Shown here piece by piece: positions 13,871 to 27,397 of a stretch of 64,000 nucleotides of DNA. The notes under the pieces were generated by a model. The model was not told the DNA's origin. It saw nothing but the letters and a program-made list of their open reading frames with translations, and did not search any database. The position numbers and the translations under genes were made by a program. Origin of the DNA: Macrostomum lignano (lineage: Eukaryota); contig NIVC01002128.1 of NCBI GenBank assembly GCA_002269645.1, positions 1 through 64,000 on the forward strand, in the 5' to 3' direction. The number at the start of each line of letters is the position of its first letter. Position 1 is the first letter of the stretch.

Positions 13871-15001
13871 TTCTCTTCTGTTTCCTCTCTTCTTTCTCGT
13901 CTCTGGTCTCTTCTCTCGCTCCTCTCTCCCCTCTTCTCTCGTCTCTTCCCTCTCCCTCCATTATTTTATCTCTCCTTTCCTCTCTTCTCTCTCGTCTCTG
14001 CTCTCTCATATCTCCCTTTGTCCTCTTTTATATCTTCTCATTTCTCTCGGCTCTCTACTCTCTCTTCCCTCTCCCTTCTTCTCACTCTTTACTTTACCCT
14101 CTCTCAACACTTCTCTCATCTCTCCTCTCTCCTTTCTCCTCTCTCCTCTCCTCTCTTCTCTTCTTTCCTCTCTCCTCTCTCTTCTCTTCTGTCGTCTCTT
14201 CTCTCACCTCTCTTCTCTCTCGTATTCGCTCTCTTCTCTCTAATCTATCTCTCATTTCTCTTCTTTTATCTTTCCTCTCTTATCTCTTCTTACTTCTCTC
14301 TGCATGCTCTCCTCTCATCTCTCTGCTCTCTCCTGTCCTATCTCTCTTCTCTCGTCCTTTTCACCAATTTACCCCGTCCTCTCGATTCTCTCCCCTTCCC
14401 TCCCCTCTCCCCACTCACTTCTCATTTCTCCCTTGTCTCCACCTTCCAATATACTAAAAATGGTCTGTCGGTATGTGTGTGTGTGTATGTGTGTGTGTGT
14501 GATCGATTTTAGCAAAAACGGCTCAACCGATTTTCTTCGAACTTGCACTGTTCGATCAGAAATTTTCCCGTGACAGTACATGCATCGTGGCTAAGAAATT
14601 GCTTGATGCTAAAGGGATTAAATATTCGAAAAACATGCTTTTTTGCAAAGGTCAAGCAGCTCTTTCGACTTGAAATGCATCGTAAGAATGCTAGCAGAAA
14701 AACTGACTGGTTGAATTCTGATTCTGAAATAGATTGCATCACAATACACTTTATTTATCGTCTGTGTACTGGCTGAATTTGACACTCAATTGAATTGCGT
14801 CACAGCTTTGAGTGTGAAAGCATAGCGCAGTACTGAATTTATATTACGTAACGATATTGTAAACTTTCATAGACACTGGTACTGACTTGCCTAAGAAATT
14901 GATTATGTCATAACTGCTTCGTGAGACTTTTTACTCTACCTGACTTGGTGTGAGTGTTGAATTATATAAGTGGTACAACATCACTGATAACTTCGATGAG
15001 A

Positions 15002-15060
15002 GCTAGCCTAGAGCTGAACAGACCAGACTGCTAATGCAGCGACCTAGGTTCGAATCTAAG
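15002..15060 (+). other. Degenerate tRNA-like / SINE-head fragment
   Basis: A-box-like TAGCCTAGAGC and B-box GGTTCGAATC at tRNA-like spacing; no full cloverleaf evident. Confidence 0.35.
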
Positions 15061-15127
15061 TAGTTTAAAAGTAGTAGTGTAAAATTTTTTATTAAAAGGT
15101 TTTATTAAAGGACTAAATAAAAACACT

Positions 15128-18100
15128 TAGATTACTGCACTCGATAAGCCAAGGATTATTGCTATTAATAAACCAAGGACTACTGCACTCGATAAACCAA
15201 GGACTATTGCTCTTGGCAAACCAAAGATTACTGCACTTGATTAATCAAGGATTATTGCTATTAATAAACCAAGGATTACGGCACTTGGAAAACCGAGGAT
15301 TACTGCACTCGATAAACCAAGGACTATTGCTCTTGGCAAACCAAGGATTACTGCACTCAAGAAGCCAAGAATTATTGCACTTGGAAAACCAAGGATTAAT
15401 GCACTCGATAAACCAAGGACTATTGCTCTTGGCAAACCAAGGATTACTGCACTTGATAAGCCGAGGATTACTGCGCTTGATAAACCAAGGATTATTGCAC
15501 TTGATAAACAAAGGATTATTGCACTTGATAAACAAAGGATTATTGCACTTGATAAACCAAGGATTATTGCACTTGATAAACAAAGGATTATTGCACTTGA
15601 TAAACAAAGGATTATTGCACTTGATAAGCCAAGGATTATTGCACTTGATAAACAAAGGATTATTGCACTTGATAAACCAAGGATTAATGCACTCGATAAA
15701 CCAAGGACTATTGCTCTTGGCAAACCAAGGATTACTGCACTCGATAAACCAAGGACTATTGCACTTGATAGGCCAAAGATTACTGCGCTTGATAAACCAA
15801 GGATTATTGCACTTGATAAACCAAGGATTATTGCACTTGATAAGCCGAGGATTACTGCGCTTGATAAACCAAGGATTATTGCACTTGATAAACAAAGGAT
15901 TATTGCACTTGATAAACAAAGGATTATTGCACTTGATAAACCAAGGATTATTGCACTTGATAAACAAAGGATTATTGCACTTGATAAACAAAGGATTATT
16001 GCACTTGATAAGCCAAGGATTATTGCACTTGATAAACAAAGGATTATTGCACTTGATAAACCAAGGATTAATGCACTCGATAAACCAAGGACTATTGCTC
16101 TTGGCAAACCAAGGATTACTGCACTCAAGAAGCCAAGGATTATTGCTATTAATAAACCAAGGATTACTGCACTTGGAAAACCAAGGATTACTGCACTCGA
16201 TAAACCAAGGACTATTGCTCTTGGCAAACCAAGGATTACTGCACTCAAGAAGCCAAGGATTATTGCACTTGGAAAACCAAGGATTACTGCACTCGATAAA
16301 CCAAGGACTATTGCACTTGATAGGCCAAAGATTACTGCGCTTGATAAACCAAGGATTATTGCACTTGATAAACCAAGGATTATTGCACTTGATAAGCCAA
16401 GGATTACTGCGCTTGATAAACCAAGGATTATTGCACTTGATAAACAAAGGATTATTGCACTTGATAAACAAAGGATTATTGCACTTGATAAGCCAAGGAT
16501 TACTGCGCTTGATAAACCAAGGATTATTGCACTTGATAAACCAAGGATTATTGCACTTGATAAACAAAGGATTATTGCACTTGATAAACAAAGGATTATT
16601 GCACTTGATAAACCAAGGATTATTGCACTTGATAAGCCAAGGATTATTGCACTTGATAAGCCATGGATTATTGCACTTGATAGTAAAGAATGTTGCACTT
16701 GATAAGCCAAGGATTAATGCACTGGATTATTCAAGGATTATTGATATTAATAAACCAAGGACTACTGCACTCGATAAACCAAGGATTATTGCTCTTAATA
16801 AACCAAGGATTACTGCACTTGGAAAACTAAGGATTACTGCACTCGATAAACCAAAGACTATTGCACTTGATAAACCAAGGATTATTGCACTTGATAGGCC
16901 AAGGATTACTGCACTTGATAAACCAAGGATTATTGCACTTGATAGGCCAAAGATTACTGCGCTTGATAAACCAAGGATTATTGCACTTGATAAGCCAAGG
17001 ATTATTGCACTTGATAAACCAAGGATTATTGCAGTTGATAAGCCAAGGATTATTGCATCTGATAAACCAAAGATTATTGCACTTGATAAACCAAGGATTA
17101 TTGCACTTGATAAACCAAGGATTATTGCAGTTGATAAGCCAAGGATTATTTCATCTGATAAACCAAAGATTATTGCACTTGATAAACCAAGGATTATTGC
17201 ACTTGATAGGCCAAAGATTACTGCGCTTGATAAACCAAGGGTTATTGCACTTGATAAACCAAGGATTATTGCAGTTGATAAGCCAAGGATTATTGCATCT
17301 GATAAACCAAGGATTATTGCAGTTGATAAGCCAAGGATTATTGCATCTGATAAACCAAGGATTATTGCACTTGATAAACCAAGGATTATTGCACTTGATA
17401 AACCAAGGATTATTGCACTTGATAAACCAAGGATTACTGCTCTTGGCAAACCAAGGATTACTGCACTCGATAAGCCAAGGATTATTGCTCTTAATAAACC
17501 AAGGATTACTGCACTTGGAAAACTAAGGATTACTGAACTCGATAAACTAAGGATTATTGCTCTTGGCAAACCAAGGATTATTGCACTTGATAGGCCAAGG
17601 ATTACTGCACTTGATAAACCAAGGATTATTGCACTTGATAAACCAAGGATTATTGCACTTGATAAGCCAAGGATTATTGCACTTGATAGGCCAAGGATTA
17701 CTGCGCTTGATAAACGAAGGACTATTGCACTTGATAAACCAAGGATTATTGCAGTTGATAAGCCAAGGATTATTGCACTTGATAAACCAAGGATTATTGC
17801 ACTTGATAAACCAAGGATTATTGCACTTGATAAACCAAGGATTATTGCACTTGATAGGCCAAGGATTACTGCACTTGATAAACCAAGGATTATTGCAGTT
17901 GATAAGCCAAGGATTATTGCACTTGATAAACCAAGGATTATTTCACTTGATAAACCAAGGATTATTGCACTTGATAAACAAATATTGCACTTGATAAACC
18001 AAGGATTATTGCACCTGATAAGCCAAGGATTACTGCGCTAGATAAACCAAGGATTATTGCACTTGATAAACCAAGGATTATTGCACTTAATAAACCAAGG

Positions 18101-18300
18101 ATTATTGCACTAGATAAACCAAGGATTATTGCACTTGATAAACAAAGGATTATTGCACTTGATAAACCAAGGATTATTGCACTTGATAAGCCAAAGATTA
18201 CTGCACTTGATAAACCAAGGATTATTGCACTTGATAAACCAAGGATTATTGCACTTGATTAATCAAGGATTATTGCTATTAATAAACCAAGGATTATTGC
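15128..18300 (+). repeat. 24-bp minisatellite (GATAAACCAAGGATTATTGCACTT), ~130 copies with higher-order blocks
   Basis: Read directly; it generates the long spurious ORFs (LLHLINQG, IALDKPRI, SSAIILGL, KCNNPWFI). Confidence 0.97.
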
Positions 18301-18436
18301 ACTAGCTGAGAAGCTGATTACTGCGCTGTCTAAAAAAGAGATTATTGCGCTCGCTGAGACGTGGATTGTTGCACAACCTGAGAAAGCGATTATTGCATTA
18401 GCGGAAGTAACATTTGCACTAGCTACTTGCTGTCTC

Positions 18437-18850
18437 GTGGATGCTTGCTCTCGAGGGGGGATACTTGCTATTTGGGAGAGGGGGTACTGGCTACATGCAT
18501 GGGATTCTTTCTATCCAGGGATGCTTGCTATTCAGGGATTCTTGCTATCTGCAGGATGCTTGCTATTTAGGGATTCTTGCTATCTGCAGGATGCTTGCTA
18601 TCTGGGTGGATGCTTCTATAATATCTGGGGGTGCTTGCTATCTGCAGGATGCTTCTATAATATCTGGGGGTGCTTGATATCTGCAGAATGCTTGCTATCT
18701 GAGTGGATGCTTGCTATCTGGGTGGATGCTTCTATAATATCTGGGGGGTGCTTGCTAATCTGCAGATGCTTGCTATCTGTGGTGATTCTTGCTATGAGCA
18801 TTAGAGGATGCTTGCTATCTGCGATTGTTCACTTTTGGAGGGGGTTGCTT
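18437..18850 (+). repeat. ~18-bp satellite (GGATGCTTGCTATCTGGG)
   Basis: Tandem degenerate units; same family as 50060-51390. Confidence 0.9.
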
Positions 18851-20295
18851 GCTGTCTTGGAAATATTTTCTATTTAGTGAAACGATATTTTGTTGACTGT
18901 TTGTTAATTTTAGTGAAAAAGTGATTTTTTAATTTTGCAAACATCTTAGTCCGTGACAATTTTACACGAATAAGGTGATTTTTAAAATGTGAAGAAGGAA
19001 TTAGTGTTTAAGAAAATGTGTTTTTTTATTGTTTTCCATGAACTATTTTTGCTCCTTTCTTATTGGGCGCCCCGAAGGGGGGCCGCACTAGATTGCTAGT
19101 CTCATCTCTTATTTCTTATCTCTCCTCTTTTCTCTCTACTCTCCCATCTCTCATCTGTTCACTCTTGTTTCTGCTCTCTCATCTCCCTTCTCTCATCTGT
19201 CACCTCTTTACTCTCATATATTCTCTCACCTCTCTCCTCTTGTAGTCTTCTCCATCCCCTTTTTGAGTCAGGACTCTCTTTCCTTTCTTCTTCTCGTCTC
19301 TACTCTTCCCCTGAGGCGGCGTTTGACTTTAACTTATTTGAATTGAATGACTCGATGAACTTATGTGAATTTGAGCTGACTGACTTATTTTGATCACAAC
19401 TTGTTTATGATATTTTTGTTCTTATTAATTTTATTCCACTGCAAGTACATATCCATTTTCTCTAGGACACTCTGTCTCCCTGTGTGTACCTAGCCTACCA
19501 CCCCAAATATTGTCACCTTCCACCACTCTCTCCTGATTGCTATATATAATATCTCGCTATTGATTATCGCTCATTGAAATAAAGAATTATCCCGCATCGC
19601 TTTTAAACTAACAGAATGAACTTCTCTTCCATCTTTTATACTCTCTCCCTCTATTGTCTTCTCTCATCTCTCTGCACTCTGCTCTCTCTTCCTTCATCTC
19701 TTATCTCTACTATCTCATCTTTCCTTTCATCTCTCATCTCTACTATCTCATCTTTCCTTTCATCTCTCATCTCTACTATCTCATCTTTCCTTTCATCTCT
19801 CATCTCTACAATCATCTCTCTTTTCTCTCTCCTCATTTTCCCTTTACTCTATAATGTCTCGTTTCTCTTTTCTTCCTTCTTAACTCTCTCTCATGTCTTA
19901 TCTCCTCTCTTTTCACTCCTCTCTCTCCCCTCTATCCCCCTCTTATTTCCTCTCTTCTCTATTCTTTCTAATCTCTCCTCTCGATCCTCTCTCATCTGCC
20001 CCTCTGTTCTCTCATCTCTTCTCACTCTTCTCTACTCTCTCTCTCATCGATCCTCTGTCTCATCTCTCCCCTCTTTTCTATCCCTCTTCTCACCTCTACT
20101 CTTTCCTCTCCCTCCTCTCTCCCTCCTCTCGCTTCTTCCTCCCATATTCTTTGCTCTCTCCTCACCACCTTGTCTCTCCTATTATCTTCTATCTTTTATA
20201 TTATCTCCCTCTCGCCCCTCCTCTCTTTCTAATAGTCTATTCCTTTTCCTTTTCACTCTTATCTGGCCCACAGCCATGAGCTGGATTATTTATCT

Positions 20296-23035
20296 TGATG
20301 TAACCACGCTCTGGTCGCGGGATAGGGCATGGGAACTTTTTCGAAAGTGCCTCCTATCCCGTGCACCCCCTGCACAGAGCTATCGAGACTCGGCCAGGTC
20401 TCCGACCAGGCCTGCAGACTCCCGCTCTGCTGCACCCCCCTGCTGCCTTGGTTCCGTCACCCCTGCCGCCACACCTGCCTTTCCGGAGCCCCCTGTCTCT
20501 CTCTGTACCCCCCTCCACCCTATCTCCTCTGTTTTCCGCCCTATTCTTCTTGTACTCTTCCTGTCCCCTCTCTTTTTGTCTCTTTCCGCACTATTTTCCT
20601 GCGCTACCCCCCTTTCCTGCGCCTACTTAACAGTATTTTGTGTGCTCACCGTCTCCCCATCCCTTCTCAAACTCCCAAACGGTGACGCAGATAGTGTGAC
20701 CCCTTCTTCCCCTCGATGACTCATCGATGACTCATCCCTCTCTCTTGCGCAACCTTTTCTCATGCTATTGTTCTCCTCCCCAAATTTCTCATGCGACACC
20801 CACCCCACCTCTGCTTCTATTGTTCTCGTTTTTTATTCTTTTGTTCTCTTGACCGCCACCAATTATCACATTTTCTCAGATTTTCTCTTTCTTTTGTTCT
20901 CGTTTCCGCACCTAATTATCACCTTTTCTCCAATGTTTGCTTTTCTATTGTTCTCGATTCTCCCCAATTATCCCCGATTTCCAATTCCTTTGTTCTCGAC
21001 CCCAGCCCCATTGTTATCAATGTTTGCTTGCGCAACACTTTCGCGACCTCCCGCTGCGCCAATTATCCCCCACCCCACCTCCGAACTGCGCAATTCTCCC
21101 ATTTCTCATGTTGCTATGCCGTTCTTATGCTTCTCATCATGACTCATTCTGACGTCATTCTGCCGGCAGCCAATCAGAGAGAGGGAGTCATGGTAACGAC
21201 CTTGGGGCGGCGGCTGGAAAGGCTATAAAAGGAAGCGATTTCGGCATGAGAACCCTCAGATCTCTCTCCGGTCTCCTCAGACCTTCGGGCTTCTAGTCTT
21301 TCTTTAGACTTGCTGTCAGACTGAGCTCTGACCCATTCGTCTATAGGACGAATCCCTGCCGGTCCGCGGTCTGTCACCACCAAGCTATCTTTAGCTCCTC
21401 AAGTGAGCTCGCCTATCGGCCAGCGGTCTGATACCGCCCAGCATCATCAGCATCGCCTGATCTACATCAGCGCCTCGTCGCTTCAGCGCATCGCCGCTTC
21501 ACCGTCTGCCTGACTGCAGCCTACAGCCGCCCTCGGTCACTCCATCGCTCTCTCTCTCCGTGCAGCTGCCGGTAAGTTCCTATTACTAATTTGTGCTCTA
21601 ATTGCTGGATGTAACCGCCATTGTCGCCTGTCCGCTCCTGTTGAGAGACGAACGCTTGGCTAGAGGGGGCAATGACCGTAGGCTGCCTATGACCGGGCAA
21701 TGACCTGACGGACCTCCAGCACCAGACTGTCCCGCCGACATGATTAATAGCTTTGGTAGCGCTTTGTGACCAGAGGGCCAAGGACCCACATGGACCCCAC
21801 CTGTAGCCAAGGTGCAATAGTTGGTCACTCGGTCATAGTATGACCGAGTGGCTGCCACCACTCTATGTGACCTGGCGCACCTGGATCTTACTACCAGACC
21901 TCTCAAGGCTAGAGCCCCGCCTGGGATGGTTACCAGGAGATTTAGGCTAACAGGGGAGACACATGCAGCCGAGTACAGGGACTCCGCTTGGGGCATGATC
22001 GGGAACTCTGGGCTCAATCTGGAGGATTTCTCAGCAGGGGATCCTTTGTGGCTGTGAGCGAGGCTGACTTGCGACTTTGATTACTAAGAGTAGTATGAGG
22101 CGAACATGTGCTGTCTATAGTTTAGATTGCTCAGGGCGAAGGGACGCGTCAGCATGGGGTTGCAACCTTCCTACTGCCATTCTGTGCCAATATTTTGCTG
22201 TATTTTACTCAATAGTGAAGCCGCCTAATTGCCTGATTATTTGCCTAAGGGCCTAATTATTAACTATTAACTAACCACATCATTATTCACTCTTTCACCG
22301 TCATTTCACCTATGGCTTGCTAAGCCTTTCTCCCGGGGTGGCAAAGCATAAGGAAGTTTGGGTAAGCTATTGGCCTCTCCCCGTGCAAAGCCCGCCTGTG
22401 TGAGTGCGTGCGGCGGGTCCGTGAGTGCGTGCAGTAGAGGGATTAGCGAGTCTTGGCACAGAATGGCAGTAGGAAGGTTGCAACCCCATGCTGACGCGTC
22501 CCTTCGCCCTGAGCAATCTAAACTATAGACAGTACATGTTCGCCTCATACTACTCTTAGTAATCAAAGTCGCAAGTCAGCCTCGCTCACAGCCACAAAGG
22601 ATCCCCTGCTGAGAAATCCTCCAGATTGAGCCCAGAGTTCCCGATCATGCCCCAAGCGGAGTCCCTGTACTCGGCTGCATGTGTCTCCCCTGTTAGCCTA
22701 AATCTCCTGGTAACCATCCCAGGCGGGGCTCTAGCCTTGAGAGGTCTGGTAGAAAGATCCAGGTGCGCCAGGTCACATAGAGTGGTGGCAGCCACTCGGT
22801 CATTCTATGACCGAGTGACCAACTATTGCACCTTGGCTACAGGTGGGGTCCATGTGGGTCCTTGGCCCTCTGGTCACAAAGCGCTACCAAAGCTATTAAT
22901 CATGTCGGCGGGACAGTCTGGTGCTGGAGGTCCGTCAGGTCATTGCCCGGTCATAGGCAGCCTACGGTCATTGCCCCCTCTAGCCAAGCGTTCGTCTCTC
23001 AACGGAGCGGACAGGCGACAAGGGCGGTTACATCA
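20296..23035 (+). mobile_element. Solo LTR copy A (with internal inverted duplication)
   Basis: Termini TGATGTAACC...GGTTACATCA; 4-bp TSD ATCT at 20292-20295 and 23036-23039; internal CRE, CCAAT and TATA. Confidence 0.85.
21150..21230 (+). promoter_or_regulatory. LTR core promoter (CRE TGACGTCA 21150, CCAAT 21170, TATAAAA 21224); conserved in copy B (TATA at 24693)
   Basis: Motif order and spacing are conserved between the two diverged copies. Confidence 0.65.
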
Positions 23036-23757
23036 ATCTGGCCTTTGAGGTAAAAATCTGGCCAATCCTTGCTTCAAAAGCCAGTTTGTGAGACAATACT
23101 ATCATGGTTGTTATCATTTCTCATGCTTTATTCACGTCATCTTTCTGGCCAATTAGCAGCCCTGAGAGGAACTCGTGTATCTCCAGCTCCACCACCACAG
23201 TCTGCAGCAGTCTAACAACCAAGGAAATACACATTTCATAGGAGCCATTTAAACTTTAAAGTTACCTTATGCAAATTTGAATGTTAAAATTTTCATGGTG
23301 TAACTAATTTAGTAGGATTGCATAATCGGTTATTTTCGCTATTTTTACAAACCATACTGCATCGCCTTGATTTGCTATCCACTGTTAAACTGCTGCAGAC
23401 TTGTCTATACAGAGGACAGTGGTTTGAATCTTTCGCTAAAACTGTCATAGCTAAACGTAGCCTCTCCACGCGCGGGGTGCAGAGAAGGCTATTAAAAAGT
23501 TATTCCCAAACACTGTACATTCGCTATGTACATTGAGCCCTACCGCCTGACCCTTTGTCTGCGCTGGGGGAATGAGTTGGTTGAGCGGCACAAACAACAG
23601 AAAAGCAGACAAACTTCACATGCTTACAGTTTCTGTTCTGATTGAGTTACAGAGTTGAGACTTTACATTTAGACAGAGAATAAGTCGTTGAAGAATTATG
23701 TCAAGTTTCAAGTCAATGGCTTCATGTGGAGCAAATTTATGGTAGCCAAAAGTTAAT

Positions 23758-25983
23758 TGATGTAACCACGCTCTGGTCGCGGGATAGGGCATGGGAACTT
23801 TTTCGAAAGTGCCTCCTATCCCGTGCACCCTCGGCACAGAGCTGTCGAGACTCGGCCAGGTCTCCGACCGGGCCTGGAGACTCCCGCTCTGCTGCACCCC
23901 TCCTGCTGCCTTGGTCCCGTCTCTCCTGCCGCCGCACCTGCCTTTCCGGAGCCCCCTACCCCTTTCTGTACCTCCCCCTCGACCCTATCTCTTCTGTTCC
24001 CGCCCTATTCTTCCTGTATTTTCTCTACCTCCTCCCTTTTTTTTGTCTCCCTCTGCACTCTTTTCCTGCGCTGTCCCCTCTTTCCCTGTGTCTACTTACA
24101 GTACTTTGTGTGCTCACCGTCTCCCCATCCCCTCTCAAACTCCCAAACGGTGACGCAAGTCGTGTGACCCCTTCTCCCCCTCGGTGACTCATCGATGACT
24201 CATCCCCCTCTCTTGCGCAACCTTTTCTCACGCTATTGTTCTCCTTCCCAAATTTCTCATACGACACCCACCCCACCTCCGCTTCTATTGTTCTCGTTTT
24301 TGATTCTTTTGTTCTCTCGACCCCCACCAATTATCACATTTTCTCCGATTTTCTCTTTCTTTTGTTCTCGTTTTCGCACCTAATTATCACCTTTTCTCCA
24401 ATGTTTACTTTTTCATCGTTCTCAGTTTTCCCCAATTATCCCCGATTTCCAATTCCTTTGTTCTCGACCCCAGCCCTATTGTTCTCAATGTTTGCTTGCG
24501 CAACACTTTCGCGACCACCCGCTGCGCCAATTATCCCCCCACCCCACCTCCGGATTGCGCAATTTCCCGATTTCTCATGTTGCTATGCCGGTCTCATGCT
24601 TCTCATCATGACTCATTCTGACGTCATTCTGCCGGCAGCCAATCAGAGAGAGGGAGCCATGGTAACGACCTTGAGGAGGCGGCTGTGAGGTCTATAAAAG
24701 GAAGCGATTTCGGCATGAGAATACTCAACTGAGTTTATCTCTGTTCCTCTCCTCGTCCTTCTTTGGACTTGCTGTCAGATTAAGTTCTGACCCATTCGTC
24801 TATAAGACGAATCCCTGCCGGTCCGCGGTCTGTTACCGCCAAGTTATCCTTAGCTCCCCAAGTGAGCTCGCCTATCGGCCAGCGGTCTGATACCGCCCAG
24901 CATCATCAGCATCGCCTGGTCTACATCAGCGCCTCGTCGCTCCAGCGCATCGCCGCTTCACCGTCTGCCTGACTGCAGCCTACAGCCGCCCTCGGTCACT
25001 CCGCCTCTCTCTCTCTCTGTGCAGCTGCCGGTAAGTTCCTGCTACTAATTTGTGCTCTAATTGCCTCTGCTTATCCGGGGTTTGCCTATTTTCCCATTGT
25101 CTGATTAGAGAGCTGAACCAATTGTGATACCGTATCTTTTGCTGTATTTTACTCAATAGTGAAGCCGCCTAATTGCCTGCTTAATCGCCTAAGGGCCTAA
25201 TTATTAACTATTAACTAACTTCATCATTATTCAATCTTTCACCATCATTTAACTCATGGCTTGCTAAGCCTTTCTCCCGGGGTGGCAAAGCATAAGGAAG
25301 TTTGGGTAAGCTAATGGCCTCTCCCCGTGCAAAGCCCGCCTGTGTGAGTGCGTGCGGCGGGTTCGTGAGTGCGTGCAGTGGAGGGTAATTAGCGAGTCTT
25401 GGCACAGAATGGCAGTAGGAAGGTTGCAACCCCATGCTGACGCGTCCCTTCGCCCTGAGCAATCTAAACTATAGACAGTACATGTTCGCCTCATACTACT
25501 CTTAGTAATCAAAGTCGCAAGTCAGCCTCGCTCACAGCCACAAAGGATCCCCTGCTGAGAAATCCTCCAGGATTGAGCCCAGAGTTCCCGATCATGCCCC
25601 AAGCAGAGTCCCTGTACTCGGCTGCATGCGTCTCCCCTGTTAGCCTAAATCCCCTGGTAACCAATCCAGGCGGGGCTCTAGCCTCGAGAGGTCTGGTAGA
25701 AAGATCCAGGTGCGCCAGGTCACATAGAGTGGTGGCAGCCACTCGGTCATACCATGACCGAGTGACCAACTATTGCACCTTGGCTACAGGTGGGGTCCAT
25801 GTGGGTCCTTGGCCCTCTGGTCACGAAGCGCTACCAAAAGCTACTAATCATGTGGGCGGGACAGTCTGGTGCTGGAGGTCCGTCAGGTCGTTGCCCGGTC
25901 ATAGGCAGCCTACGGTCATTGCCCCCTCTAGCCATGCGTTCGTCTCTCTACGGAGCGGACAGGCGACAAGGGCGGTTACATCA
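23758..25983 (+). mobile_element. Solo LTR copy B (2226 bp)
   Basis: Termini TGATGTAACC...GGTTACATCA; 4-bp TSD TAAT; colinear with copy A. Confidence 0.85.
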
Positions 25984-25999
25984 TAATCAATTTTAAACC

Positions 26000-26429
26000 C
26001 CTTTTACACATCTGGCCAGATTGGGAAAAAGAGGCGGAGGTTGGTGTGGCTGTCTCGCTGACAGAAACAACCTAAATTTAAAAGTGCTCAACGCTGTTCA
26101 GGATTAAATTTGAGACTCGAAATTTCACACGATTGTGTCATAATAGTTGAAGAATGTTTGTGTCAAAATTTGAAGAGGATCGGTAGAACTGGAGCGGCGC
26201 TATGGAGGATTTTGTAAAAAAAATCGTCAATTTTGAGCAGTTTTTTGCACTTTTAGGTAGGAAGACTCAAATTAAGTAAATTTTAAAGTAACCTAAGACA
26301 TTTTCTGCAGTGAGTTTAGTGTGGGTGCGAAATTTTTGGTTGAGCGGCTTGGGAGTCCATAGTGAACATCCACAGAGTCACAGACACACAGACACACAGA
26401 CACACAGAGTTTTCATTTTTATATGTAGA
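26000..26429 (-). mobile_element. Short non-autonomous Helitron-like element (left boundary approximate)
   Basis: Minus strand begins TCTACATATAAAAATG followed by (TGTGTC)n, like the other Helitron-like 5' ends here. Confidence 0.45.
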
Positions 26430-26749
26430 GAAAAACGATGTATATTTTAATTAATCGAGCGAGCGACGTGACACAGAGGTCGGCGCGCAGATAAATAAGC
26501 GGGTGAGCAGACCCACGGAGGGGTAGAAAGGACGGCGCACAAAGGCGGCACAAAGTACAGCGCGAAGAGTGGTGGATGGCTAACACCCATTTCACTCCAG
26601 CCTCACAAATGAGCCCTAAGAGAAATGGAAGCTTTTGCTCCTACCGCTTACACTATTAAAACAGGCTTGTTACAGACTTAAAATAAAATCGTTTTTTCAT
26701 CTTAGAGCAGCACTTTTTCATTTTTCTATTGACTTATACTTACCATCAG

Positions 26750-27103
26750 TCTGTCAAGGCACGGAGCTCCTGACCAACGACACTGGAGAGCTGGCCAGCC
26801 ATTCGTCTGCAGGCATTATGGCTTCTTCGTTCAGCTCGGACTGCTACTGGGTGATCAGAGTCTCTCCTTCAAAACGAGTAGTGGCACGGTTTACCTTTTA
26901 TAACCTCACTTCTAGCTCTGAAAGTGTCACGCTATACGACGGTACCTATCATCATTCAACACGTCTGACCACCCTCAAGAGCAGCTTCGCGGACATAAAC
27001 AGATATTTTATAAGTTCAAAAAACGTTTTAACCGTGCAGCTACAGATTAAATCTTACAGTCAATCACTCGGAATCAAAATGAAATACGAAGCTTCAGATG
27101 CCT
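26750..27103 (+). CDS. Gene 1, CUB exon E (after a 13.2-kb TE-filled intron)
   Basis: ccatcAG...GTGAGT; 354 nt, phase 1-1; CQGTELLT...DCYWVIRVSPSKRVVARF...LYDG...LGIKMKY. Confidence 0.9.
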
Positions 27104-27397
27104 GTGAGTTTTGCTTAATCCATTTGGATCTGCTAAAATACATGTCTATTTACTTCGGCTGTCCAGAAAGTCTTAAAAATAGATTTTAGGACATTTTGAC
27201 CATTCTCGAGCTGTAAGCAATATAAAGGAAGATTAAATTACTAACTAGTACTGTTAGCGTGTTATTCAATAGATCTGACTGCTTTTAACTACATTCTCAC
27301 GACTTTCCCGGACAACCAGAGTACACTTACATGCATGTGTACTATGGCAATAAACTGGTTCAGGTTTAATGTGATATACTCTGTAAAATTACTTCAG

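Larger units (their letters stand above)
14445..19099 (+). mobile_element. Non-autonomous Helitron-like element carrying two internal satellites
   Basis: 5' TCCAATATACTAAAAATGGTCTGTC plus (TG)n. 3' GC-rich hairpin gcgccccgaaggggggccgc followed by CTAG|T at 19099. The same CT-rich host sequence lies on both flanks. Confidence 0.7.

Noticed and set aside
15159-18041. 960-aa ORF and overlapping 200-490-aa ORFs
   Set aside because: By-products of a 24-bp unit lacking stops in four frames; they lie in an intron inside a Helitron-like shell and switch frame mid-array.
15128-18300. CRISPR-like array
   Set aside because: Repeats abut directly with no unique spacers; eukaryotic context; no cas genes.
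20296-25983. One retrotransposon with LTRs A and B
   Set aside because: Each copy has its own TSD, and the 720-bp spacer has no PBS, PPT or coding remnant that I could see.
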